The notes beneath the pieces were generated by a model. It was not told where the DNA came from. It saw only the letters and a list, made by a program, of their open reading frames with translations, and ran no database searches. Source: Anaerolinea thermophila (GTDB lineage: Bacteria > Chloroflexota > Anaerolineae > Anaerolineales > UBA4823). From it: a stretch of DNA of 62,973 nucleotides. This document shows, in pieces, positions 40,488-48,584 of this stretch; the first letter of the stretch is position 1; the number at the start of each line of letters is the position of its first letter. A program made the position numbers and the translations under genes. The DNA lies in the NCBI GenBank assembly GCA_020724505.1, contig DYGV01000003.1, positions 1 to 62,973 of the forward strand, written 5' to 3'.

Positions 40488-41147
40488 TCACAGCTCTGAC
40501 ACCGCATACATCGGTCGCACCGGCCCGTGCCCCGGATAAATGCAAGTGGCGCCTTTTTCCCGCAACAGCCGCCAACTCGCCGCCGCTACACCGTGCTCAT
40601 CCTTTCCGAAGAGCGGCGTGAGGTCGCCGGTGAAGACCGAACCATCATCGAGCAAAAGCGAAACGCTATCCTCGGAGTGCCCCGGCGTGGCGACAATTTC
40701 ACCGGCAATCCCGATCCGCTCAAGCAGTGAGCGGCTTTCGTCAAACGAGATCGTCACGTTGTCATGCAATGTGATATCCACGTACCGATCCTGCGGCTTG
40801 GTCCATTGTTTCATCAGGGGAATTGCTGCGACCTGAGTTTCTAATACCAGCAGCGGAACGCCGATTTGTTTGAGCTCCTGAGCCAGCCCGGCGTGATCAA
40901 TATGATAATGAGTCGCCAGCCCATAGCGGATTTCCTGGAGCGGTATATCCATGCGCTTCAGGTTTGCCCGCATCATTCCCAACGTTCCCGGATAACCCAG
41001 GTCAACCAGCAAGCGCGACGTACCGGCGCTGATGACCCAATAGTTCGTGGAGAGATAGCCGACGTTGACAATGGTGACCTGTACGGGTTTTGCCCTGCTC
41101 ATCATTGCGCTGCCCTGACTATCCCTTGACATAGGACAACTTTTCAC
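40488..41147 (-). CDS. MBL-fold metallo-hydrolase
   Basis: HxHxDH motif (THYHIDHAG) and a downstream His (TPGHSEDS). The start is uncertain (41147 or 41105). Confidence 0.8.
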   Translation of the reverse strand: MKSCPMSRDSQGSAMMSRAKPVQVTIVNVGYLSTNYWVISAGTSRLLVDLGYPGTLGMMRANLKRMDIPLQEIRYGLATHYHIDHAGLAQELKQIGVPLLVLETQVAAIPLMKQWTKPQDRYVDITLHDNVTISFDESRSLLERIGIAGEIVATPGHSEDSVSLLLDDGSVFTGDLTPLFGKDEHGVAAASWRLLREKGATCIYPGHGPVRPMYAVSEL

Positions 41148-41215
41148 AGATTAAGCCATTCTTCGCTCATCAGCTTCATCATGTCGGCGAGACATCATGA
41201 CGGTTGAAAGCCTAC

Positions 41216-41653
41216 TCACCGTTCTATCCAGATCGTCACTGGGCCATCGTTGGCAATTTCCACCAGCATGTGCGCGCCAAACTCGCCGGTTTGCGTGGGC
41301 ACGCCCTGGGAGCGCAGCAAATCGGCAAAGCGCTCCACCAGCGGACGGGCAACCTCCGGCGGAGCGGCGTCGGTGAATGAAGGGCGGCGGCCCTTGCGCG
41401 TGTCGGCGTACAACGTAAACTGCGACACCACAATGGCCGCCCCGCCTACCTCCAGCAGCGAGCGGTTGATCTTGCCCTGCTCGTCCTCAAAGATGCGCAG
41501 GTTGGCGATCTTTTCCGCCAGATATTGCGCCTGTTCCTCACCATCCTGTGGCCCCACTCCCAGCAAAATCACCACGCCAGGCCCAATCTCTGCGATCACC
41601 CGCCCTGCAACGCTCACCCGCCCGCTGCGCACGCGCTGTAATACTACCCGCAT
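41216..41653 (-). CDS. dtd: D-aminoacyl-tRNA deacylase
   Basis: MRVVLQRV... N-terminus and the [17 protein letters not shown] motif. 145 aa. Confidence 0.9.
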   Translation of the reverse strand: MRVVLQRVRSGRVSVAGRVIAEIGPGVVILLGVGPQDGEEQAQYLAEKIANLRIFEDEQGKINRSLLEVGGAAIVVSQFTLYADTRKGRRPSFTDAAPPEVARPLVERFADLLRSQGVPTQTGEFGAHMLVEIANDGPVTIWIER

Positions 41654-41662
41654 CCTTGCAAC

Positions 41663-42664
41663 CTACATCAGAGGCAAACCAATGGCTTCTTTGACTTCGC
41701 GTATCGTCTGCCGGGCAATGGCGCTGGCGCGTCGCTGCCCATCGCGCAGCACATCCCATACATAATTGGGGTCTTTGCCCAACTCTGCCCGCTTCTGGCG
41801 GAAGGGTGCCAGGTGGGCGTTCAGGTTGCGGGCAAAGAGCTTCTTGCAGTCCACGCAGCCAATGCCTGCCCGCCGACATTCCACATCCACCATTGCAATT
41901 TCATCCGGCGAGGAAAACACCTTGTGCATGGTGAATACATTGCACACATCTGGGTTGCCGGGATCGCTGCGTTTGATGCGCGCCGGATCGGTGACCATCT
42001 GCATCACGCGCTGGGTGGTCTCCTCCGGCGTAGCAGCCAGCTCAATGTGGTTGTTCAGGCTTTTGCTCATCTTTTGCACGCCATCAATGCCCAGCACTTT
42101 TGGCGTCTCGGTAGCAATCATCTGCGGTTCGATGAGTACGTTGGTGTTATAGCGGTAGTTGAACGAACGCACCGTCTCGCGCGCAAACTCTATATGCGGT
42201 TGCTGATCCACGCCTACCGGCACCAAATCGCTCTTATACAGCACAATATCGGCGGTCATCAACACTGGGTAACCCACCAGCCCGTAATTGACATTGTGCG
42301 GCTGCTGGCGCGCCTTCTCTTTGAAGGTGGGCAGGTCGGTGAGCTTGCCCAACGGAGTGACCATCGAGAGATAGGTGTGCAACTCGGTCACCTCCGGTAC
42401 CTGCGATTGAACGAATAAGATCGTCTCGACGGGACGAATGCCAATCGCCAGCCAGTCGAGCGCCATCTCGTAAATATTCTGCCGCAGGTTCTCGGTGGTC
42501 TCCACTGTAGTCAAGGCGTGGATATCCACGATGCAGTACACGCACTCGTACTCATCCTGCAAAGCCACATAATTCTTGATAGCGCCCAGGTAGTTGCCCA
42601 AATGTTGGCGACCTGTTGGCCGCGCGCCGGAAAAGACGCGCCCTTTTTTCATCACCTCTGCCAT
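41663..42664 (-). CDS. trpS: Tryptophan--tRNA ligase
   Basis: Class I motifs (SGARPTGRQHLGNYLG as the HIGH-type region, KMSKS) and overall TrpRS sequence. 333 aa. Confidence 0.95.
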   Translation of the reverse strand: MAEVMKKGRVFSGARPTGRQHLGNYLGAIKNYVALQDEYECVYCIVDIHALTTVETTENLRQNIYEMALDWLAIGIRPVETILFVQSQVPEVTELHTYLSMVTPLGKLTDLPTFKEKARQQPHNVNYGLVGYPVLMTADIVLYKSDLVPVGVDQQPHIEFARETVRSFNYRYNTNVLIEPQMIATETPKVLGIDGVQKMSKSLNNHIELAATPEETTQRVMQMVTDPARIKRSDPGNPDVCNVFTMHKVFSSPDEIAMVDVECRRAGIGCVDCKKLFARNLNAHLAPFRQKRAELGKDPNYVWDVLRDGQRRASAIARQTIREVKEAIGLPLM

Positions 42665-42915
42665 TAACGACTCTCCTGAAGATACTGTTTCACCAGGGCG
42701 TTCACCTCGCCCGGCTCGGCGTGCCGCCCGGTGCGATGCTTCGAATAGACGAGCTTATCGTTGATGGAAAACTCGAAGCGCCCGCCGTGGGAGGGGATTA
42801 AGGTGAACGATTCGATCTCTGTTTCATATTCCTTGAGCAATTCAGCCACCAAACTGATGGCGCGGTCGGTGTAATGTCAAACCACGCAGTATTCCAAAGA
42901 TAACTTCATTTTCAT
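42664..42915 (-). CDS. SelW/Rdx-family selenoprotein, CxxU motif (TGA codon 13 at 42877-42879)
   Basis: AGGAGG-N5-ATG at 42915. Translation: MKMKLSLEYCVVUHYTDRAISLVAELLKEYETEIESFTLIPSHGGRFEFSINDKLVYSKHRTGRHAEPGEVNALVKQYLQESR. The track shows only the part after the TGA (42664..42852, TTG start). The stop TAA overlaps the trpS ATG (TAATG). Confidence 0.8.
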
Positions 42916-42965
42916 TTCGACCTCCTGCATTGTATAGAATTTCAGGTTTTGCCTGCTATGTCTTT

Positions 42966-42998
42966 AAAAAACCACCCCGCCGGTGATGCGACGGGGTG
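42966..42998 (-). terminator. Rho-independent terminator (expression platform of the T-box leader)
   Basis: Minus-strand RNA CACCCCGUC-GCAUCACC-GGCGGGGUG (9-bp stem including one G-U) followed by GUUUUUU. It ends about 50 nt upstream of ATG 42915. Confidence 0.75.
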
Positions 42999-43287
42999 AA
43001 TGAGCCAGCTCCACTCTCATCGAGTACGGGGATCTCCGCTCCAGCGCAACCCTGACAGCGGTTTCCCTTATACCCTTTGCCCAGATAACGGCGGCAACTC
43101 CGGCGCAGACTACTGGATCCTGGCATATCTCGAACCAGATCGTTCATCCTGCAGCTCCGAGGGCCATTCGGCGCCGGCGCGCGGGCGGGACTTTCACCTG
43201 AACCGCTCTCTGTGCCGCCGCTTCGACGCGTACTCGTCCTCTTCACAGCTTTTCACAATAAAGATGAGGCAGCGGAGAACTCCGCGC
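42966..43287 (-). promoter_or_regulatory. T-box riboswitch leader, Trp specifier (UGG at 43164-43166)
   Basis: Hand-folded Stem I (43153-43250, about 25 bp). GA/K-turn AGCU-GUGAA-GAGG paired with CCUC-GG-AGCU, S-turn GAGUA, AG bay ACAGAGA, distal loop UUCAGGUGAAAGUC and specifier loop GAA-UGG-C. The layout parallels the glyQS Stem I (GAAG-AAGAGUA ... GAA-GGC-A-CUUC-GA-GC). The terminator is at the 3' end and trpS is in the downstream operon. The canonical 14-nt T-box/antiterminator core was not mapped cleanly; the best candidate is AGAGUGGAGCUGG at 43005-43017. Confidence 0.7.
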
Positions 43288-43293
43288 CAGAAT

Positions 43294-43322
43294 AGTTTAG
43301 CCGAAAGCGGCTTGGGTGTCAA
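43294..43322 (-). promoter_or_regulatory. Candidate sigma70-type promoter for the T-box operon
   Basis: Minus-strand TTGACA (43317-43322), 17 nt, TAAACT (43294-43299). Confidence 0.45.
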
Positions 43323-43556
43323 TGATTTTGCTCTTTGTGAAATAAAGAACACAGCCTCTCTAGCACATCAAAGCTCGAGCGAAATCAATTCGGCGCAATC
43401 CGCTGGAGCACCGCTCATTCCCGATCCAGATTGTGCTAAAATCAATCTAGGCCGTTGATGAGGCGGGAATCGCCCGCTGTCACGCGGCATCCTGGAAAAC
43501 TGTGCTCAACATCCATTATCCGTGTTTCGCCTGTAATCAATGCAAGGAAGGGGAAG

Positions 43557-44429
43557 ATGCGTAACTCGCTCGACATCCGTCCCTCGCCCATTGCCGGGCA
43601 GTGGTACCCGGCGGACCCAAAACGTCTGGCTGCTCAAGTTGACCGCCATCTGGATGAAGCCCGCTTGCCGCCATTGCATGGCGAAGTAATCGCCGTTATG
43701 GCGCCCCACGCCGGGCACATCTACTCCGGACCAGTGGCAGGATACGCCTTTGCCGCACTGCGCGGCATGTCGCCGGAGATTGTGGCTGTAGTTTCGCCTA
43801 TGCATTATCCCTACGTCGAACGGTTGCTCACCACCGCTCACGATGCCTACGCCACCCCCTTGGGCGTGATCCCGGTGCATCGCGAGGCTTTGGAAACGCT
43901 GGACGATTACCTGCGCGACCTGCTCGGTTTTGGTTTGGCGGCTGTCAGCCACGACATGGAACATTCGCTGGAGATCGAACTGCCGTTCTTGCAACGCGCC
44001 CTGGCCGCGCCCTTCACCCTGTTGCCTGTAATGATGCGCGACCAGAGCGAAGCCACCGCCCGCGGCCTGGGAATCGCCCTGGCTCGTCTGGTCAACGAAA
44101 GCGACGCGTTGCGTGGACAAAAAATGATCCTCGTTGCCAGCACCGACCTTTCGCACTTCTACGATCAGGAAACAGCCCAGGCGCTGGACAGTGAAATGCT
44201 GCGCCGTGTGGAAGCCTTTGACCCCGCGGGGGTGATACGGGCGGAGGAAGAAGGCGAAGGGTTCGCATGTGGACGTAGCGCCCTGGCAGCAGTAATGTGG
44301 GCAGCGCGCGAGTTGGGCGCTAACCGGGCGTATGTGCTGCGCCACGCCACCTCCGGCGATGTCACAGGCGATTTTGATCGCGTCGTAGGATATGGCGCAG
44401 CAGTCTTCTTACGAGAAAGACAGACTTAA
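43557..44429 (+). CDS. MEMO1-family protein (AmmeMemoRadiSam system protein B-like)
   Basis: Trimmed to ATG 43557 after a GGAAGGGGA purine tract. IAGQWYP...VIAVMAPHAGHIYSGPVAGYAF, typical of the MEMO/AmmeMemoRadiSam B family. Confidence 0.8.
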   Translation: MRNSLDIRPSPIAGQWYPADPKRLAAQVDRHLDEARLPPLHGEVIAVMAPHAGHIYSGPVAGYAFAALRGMSPEIVAVVSPMHYPYVERLLTTAHDAYATPLGVIPVHREALETLDDYLRDLLGFGLAAVSHDMEHSLEIELPFLQRALAAPFTLLPVMMRDQSEATARGLGIALARLVNESDALRGQKMILVASTDLSHFYDQETAQALDSEMLRRVEAFDPAGVIRAEEEGEGFACGRSALAAVMWAARELGANRAYVLRHATSGDVTGDFDRVVGYGAAVFLRERQT

Positions 44430-44435
44430 ATAATT

Positions 44436-45803
44436 ATGGAAAATACGCTAACTTTGGATTTATTAGGTATTTTGGGGATCGGCTTATTCGTTCTGACCAA
44501 TGGCTTTTTCGTCGCGGCGGAGTTCTCGCTGGTCAGCGTGCGGCGCACGCGCATTGCTGAGCTGGCGGCGCGCGGCGAAGCCGGCGCAGAAGCGGTGCAA
44601 AAAGCCATCGAAAACCCCGACCGAGTGATCGCCGCTACGCAATTGGGCATCACCCTTTCCAGCCTGGCGCTGGGTTGGATTGGCGAGCCGGCGCTTGCTC
44701 ATCTGATCGCCCCTGTTGTATCCCTGTTCCCACAAGCCTTTCGTTCCGAGGTCTCGCACAGCATCTCGGCCATTGTAGCATTCATTATCATCACCTTCCT
44801 GCACGTGGTGATTGGCGAGCTGGCGCCTAAGTCCATCGCGCTGCAAAACCCCGAACGCACTTCCCTGATCGTCGCCCGGCCAACCCTATTCACCGAGCGT
44901 ATCTTCAAACCCGCCATCTGGGCTTTGAACGGCGCCGGCAACGGCTTGTTGCGCCTGGTGGGAATCCAGCCAGCCTCAGGACATCAGTTGGTCCACTCCG
45001 TGGAGGAGCTAAAAATGTTGGTGGATGCCAGCACCGAAAGCGGCGTGATGGAGCAGGATGAGGGAGAAATGCTGCAAGCGATCTTTGATCTGGGGGAGAT
45101 GATCGTGCGCCAGGTGATGGTGCCGCGCACCGAGGTCGTGGCGGTTGAAGCCGACACCCCGTTGGAGGAGATCATCCGCCTGGCTACCCAATCCACCTAC
45201 ACCAAATTTCCGGTGTACGAAGACAGCCTGGATCAAATTGTCGGCGTTGTGCACGTCAAAGATCTGCTCAAGGTGATGCAATCGCCGAACTGCAACGGCT
45301 GCCTGGCGCGCAGCATCGCTCGCGAGGCTTTGTTCGTCCCTGAGCCCCTGTCTGTCAACGCCCTGCTGCGCCTGTTCCGAGACAAACGTCAGCATATCGC
45401 CATTGTGCTGGATGAATACGGCGGCACCGGCGGCCTGGTCACTCTGGAAGATCTGCTGGAAGAGATCGTGGGCGAAGTAAGCGATCCCTTTGACTCGAGC
45501 GCGCCCGGTTTCCAGACGTTGCCGGACGGCTCGATCTTGATTGACGGACTGACGTTGATCGAAGATGTCAACCAGCAGCTTAATCTGAACCTGCATGATG
45601 AATATTATGACACCATCGCTGGCTACGTCATGGGACGTCTGGGACGCATCCCACGCCTGCACGATGTGGTTGAAGGAGATGGCGTGCGCCTGCAAGTAGA
45701 GGAGATGGACCGGCTGCGCGTGGCGCGGGTGAAACTTGCCCGCCTGGATGCCTCCCCATCGCGTTCACCCACAGAACCTACAACTCATGCTCCTGTGCAA
45801 TAG
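44436..45803 (+). CDS. Hemolysin-family / CorC-type protein (DUF21-CBS pair-CorC_HlyC)
   Basis: N-terminal 4-TM DUF21 (FFVAAEFSLVSVRRTRI), a CBS pair and a C-terminal CorC_HlyC domain. Confidence 0.85.
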   Translation: MENTLTLDLLGILGIGLFVLTNGFFVAAEFSLVSVRRTRIAELAARGEAGAEAVQKAIENPDRVIAATQLGITLSSLALGWIGEPALAHLIAPVVSLFPQAFRSEVSHSISAIVAFIIITFLHVVIGELAPKSIALQNPERTSLIVARPTLFTERIFKPAIWALNGAGNGLLRLVGIQPASGHQLVHSVEELKMLVDASTESGVMEQDEGEMLQAIFDLGEMIVRQVMVPRTEVVAVEADTPLEEIIRLATQSTYTKFPVYEDSLDQIVGVVHVKDLLKVMQSPNCNGCLARSIAREALFVPEPLSVNALLRLFRDKRQHIAIVLDEYGGTGGLVTLEDLLEEIVGEVSDPFDSSAPGFQTLPDGSILIDGLTLIEDVNQQLNLNLHDEYYDTIAGYVMGRLGRIPRLHDVVEGDGVRLQVEEMDRLRVARVKLARLDASPSRSPTEPTTHAPVQ

Positions 45804-45806
45804 ATC

Positions 45807-48344
45807 GTGAGCGTTTTTGTTGAAATAGTCGTCAACGTCCCCCAGGTCTCTGGAGTATATCACTACCATTTGCCGCCCGAGCTGGAAGGCGCGGTTCAGG
45901 TTGGCAGCCTGGTTTTGGTGCCTTTTGGTCGCCAGGCGGTGCAGGGCGTGGTGGTAGATTTTGTTGACCATCCTAGCGTCCGGGAAACCAAAGCCATCAT
46001 AGAAATTGTAGATGCGGCTGCGATTCTGACCCCGCAACAAATTGCTCTGGCGCGGCGCATGGCGCAAGACTATCTTGCGCCTCTGGCTGCGTGCATAGGC
46101 TTGATGTTGCCGCCGGGCGTGGAACAGCAAGCCGATTATCTCTACAGCGCGCAAAGCCCTCCCCTGGAAGGGTTGAGCCACACCCAGGCGCGCCTGCTGA
46201 GTCTGCTCAATCGGCGCGGCCCGTTGCGCGGCTCGCAAATTGACCGCGCCATGCCGCGTGTGGATTGGCGCGCCGCAGCGCGCGCCCTGGCGCGTCGCCG
46301 GCTAATTAAAACCGAACCAGCTCCGCCCACGCCACGCGTGCGCCCCAAATTGATCAAGACCGTCCAACTGGTCTGCGCCCCGGATGAAGCCGAAGCCGCC
46401 CTGCCCACATTGGGAAAAGCCGGCAGCAAAGCCCTGGAACGTCGTCAGTCTATCTTGCGTTTCCTGCTCAGGGAAAGCGAAGCCGTGGATGTTTCCTGGG
46501 TGTACGCCGAAAGCGGCGGCAGCCTGGCAGATTTACGCTACCTGGCCGAGCGCGGCCTGGTTCGCCTGGAGGATGACGAAGCCTGGCGCAACCCTCTGGC
46601 GCAATTAGAATTCCGCCCCTATCATGCGCCGCCGCTCACCCAGGATCAGCAGGAGGTCTGGGGGCAGGTGGAGCGCGCCCTGCAACAAGCAGCAAACGGT
46701 GAAGAAGTTCGCCCCATCCTGCTCAACGGTGTAACCGGTTCGGGCAAAACCGAGATATACCTGCACGCCGTACAACATGCGTTGGAAATGGGCAAACAGG
46801 CGATCGTGCTGGTGCCCGAAATCGCCCTCACCCCGCAGACGCTGCAACGTTTTGCCGGGCGTTTCCCCGGGCAGGTTGGCCTGGTGCATTCCGGCCTCTC
46901 GTCAGGCGAGCGCTACGACACCTGGCGGCGCGCCAGAGCAGGAGATTTGGGTGTGGTGGTTGGGCCGCGCAGCGCCTTGTTCACCCCTTTCAATCGGCTT
47001 GGGCTGATCGTGGTGGATGAGTGTCACGACGATTCCTATTATCAATCCGAGGCTGCGCCGCACTTCCACGCCCGCGAGGTCGCCGTTAGCTACGCCGCCC
47101 TTTGCGGCGCACTGTGCTTGCTCGGTTCGGCCACGCCGGATGTGGTCAGCGCGCATCGCGCCGAAATCGGCCTCTGGCAATCGCTCAGCCTGCCGGCGCG
47201 CATCCTGGCGCATCGCGACGCCGTTCAAGCGCAAGTCAAGCGTCTGGAGCTTCAGAAGCAGCGCATCGCTGCTCAACAAGCGCGCTACCGAACGCTGGAG
47301 GCGGAGGCTGAAACCGCAGATCTGCCGCCCGTGACTATCGTTGATATGCGCAACGAGCTGAAAGAGGGCAACCGTTCCATTTTCAGCCGCTTTTTGCAGG
47401 AATCGCTGAAACTGGCGCTAGAGCAAGGCTTGCAGGCGATCCTGTTTTTGAACCGACGCGGTTCCGCCACCTACGTTTTCTGTCGCGATTGCGGGCATAC
47501 GTTGAAATGCCCGCGCTGCGACATTCCTCTCACCTATCACGAAGACCGCGGCAAATTGATCTGCCACTATTGCAACTATCAGCGGCAGATGCCCGCCGTT
47601 TGTCCGGCTTGCGGCGGCGAACGCATCCGTCAGTTCGGCGCCGGCACTCAGCGGGTGGAAGCTGAAGTGCAATCCATGTTCCCAGGAGTGCGCACCCTGC
47701 GTTGGGACTGGGAGACCACTCGCCAGAAAGGCGCTCACCAGGCGATCCTGGATCGCTTCGCAGAACACCGCGCCGACGTCCTGATAGGGACGCAAATGCT
47801 GGCTAAAGGTCTGGATTTGCCGTTGGTCACCCTGGTGGGCGTGGTGCTGGCGGATGTGGGGCTGAACCACCCGGATTATCGCGCCGGCGAGCGCACTTTT
47901 CAGGTGTTGACCCAGGTGGCCGGGCGCGCCGGACGCAGTCCGCTGGGCGGGCAGGTGATCTTGCAAACCTTTCAGCCAGAGCATTACGTCATCCAGGCCG
48001 CCGCCCGACACGATTACCGCGGTTTTTATCGCCGCGAACTGGCTTTCCGCCGCCAGCAAGGATACCCCCCTTTTGCAAACGTGGCGCGCCTGGAATATCG
48101 CCATTATGATCCAGAACGCGCGGCTCAGGCGGCGCAGATCATGGCAGAGCGACTGCACACCTGGATCGAACAGGAGGGGGCGCGCCTGACCCGGTTGGTG
48201 GGCCCGGCGCCGTGTTTCTTTGCGCGCATCGCCGGCGCATATCGCTGGCAAATCGCTTTGATTGGCCCAGACCCCGCTGCATTGCTGCGGGGAAGAGATC
48301 TTGGAGAATGGAAAGTTGAAGTAAATCCGCCAAACTTGCTATAA
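45807..48344 (+). CDS. priA: Primosomal protein N' (replication restart helicase)
   Basis: GTG start. Walker A NGVTGSGKTE, DECH box VVDECHD and a Cys-rich zinc region (CRDCGHTLKCPRCD...CHYCNY...CPACG). Confidence 0.9.
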   Translation: MSVFVEIVVNVPQVSGVYHYHLPPELEGAVQVGSLVLVPFGRQAVQGVVVDFVDHPSVRETKAIIEIVDAAAILTPQQIALARRMAQDYLAPLAACIGLMLPPGVEQQADYLYSAQSPPLEGLSHTQARLLSLLNRRGPLRGSQIDRAMPRVDWRAAARALARRRLIKTEPAPPTPRVRPKLIKTVQLVCAPDEAEAALPTLGKAGSKALERRQSILRFLLRESEAVDVSWVYAESGGSLADLRYLAERGLVRLEDDEAWRNPLAQLEFRPYHAPPLTQDQQEVWGQVERALQQAANGEEVRPILLNGVTGSGKTEIYLHAVQHALEMGKQAIVLVPEIALTPQTLQRFAGRFPGQVGLVHSGLSSGERYDTWRRARAGDLGVVVGPRSALFTPFNRLGLIVVDECHDDSYYQSEAAPHFHAREVAVSYAALCGALCLLGSATPDVVSAHRAEIGLWQSLSLPARILAHRDAVQAQVKRLELQKQRIAAQQARYRTLEAEAETADLPPVTIVDMRNELKEGNRSIFSRFLQESLKLALEQGLQAILFLNRRGSATYVFCRDCGHTLKCPRCDIPLTYHEDRGKLICHYCNYQRQMPAVCPACGGERIRQFGAGTQRVEAEVQSMFPGVRTLRWDWETTRQKGAHQAILDRFAEHRADVLIGTQMLAKGLDLPLVTLVGVVLADVGLNHPDYRAGERTFQVLTQVAGRAGRSPLGGQVILQTFQPEHYVIQAAARHDYRGFYRRELAFRRQQGYPPFANVARLEYRHYDPERAAQAAQIMAERLHTWIEQEGARLTRLVGPAPCFFARIAGAYRWQIALIGPDPAALLRGRDLGEWKVEVNPPNLL

Positions 48345-48584
48345 TTAGCTCTGCCCATCTTCTTGGGATAGGCTTATATCATTCAGGCGGCGTTTGTGCC
48401 TGCGGCGGACTTCCGCCAAACCTATAACGAAGTTTTAAATAATTTCGGCTACCTGTAACGCGAGATTTATCTCGCAAGAACCGCTGGAATCACCAGATGC
48501 AGGGGAGGCGAAACAAATTTCGCGTTATGCAAGCCCATATTTGGGGTTGCGGAATTATTCTAACATCATACTCAGGAGAAAGAG

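Noticed and set aside
43040-43153. Long-range 8-bp pairings inside the leader (cgagtacg/cgtactcg and cggcggca/tgccgccg) as defining helices of a large ncRNA
   Set aside because: An 8-bp complement is expected by chance roughly once in a ~300-nt GC-rich stretch. These pairings also conflict with the motif-supported Stem I fold.
42966-43287. RNase P RNA or a cobalamin riboswitch, prompted by GGUGAAAGUCC and the AAGGGAA-like strings
   Set aside because: The RNase P CR-V (ACAGAANCCGGCUUA) and a P4 partner are missing. The cobalamin CCCGCCACUG core and B12 box are also missing. The same GGUGAAAG string fits the T-box Stem I distal loop, with all other Stem I motifs in the correct order.
42956-43458. 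Track ORFs 42956..43246 (-) and 43000..43458 (+) as protein-coding genes
   Set aside because: Their translations are low-complexity and Arg/Ser/Gly-rich with no start context. The region is better explained by the T-box leader RNA and its promoter.
48360-48430. Purine (guanine/xanthine) riboswitch upstream of the PRT gene, prompted by a UAUA...three-way-junction-like fold
   Set aside because: The loops lack the conserved AUAUGG/CCGUAAA and J2-3 GUUUCUACC motifs, and the putative P3 has a 2-nt loop. It is more likely to be priA-distal hairpins.
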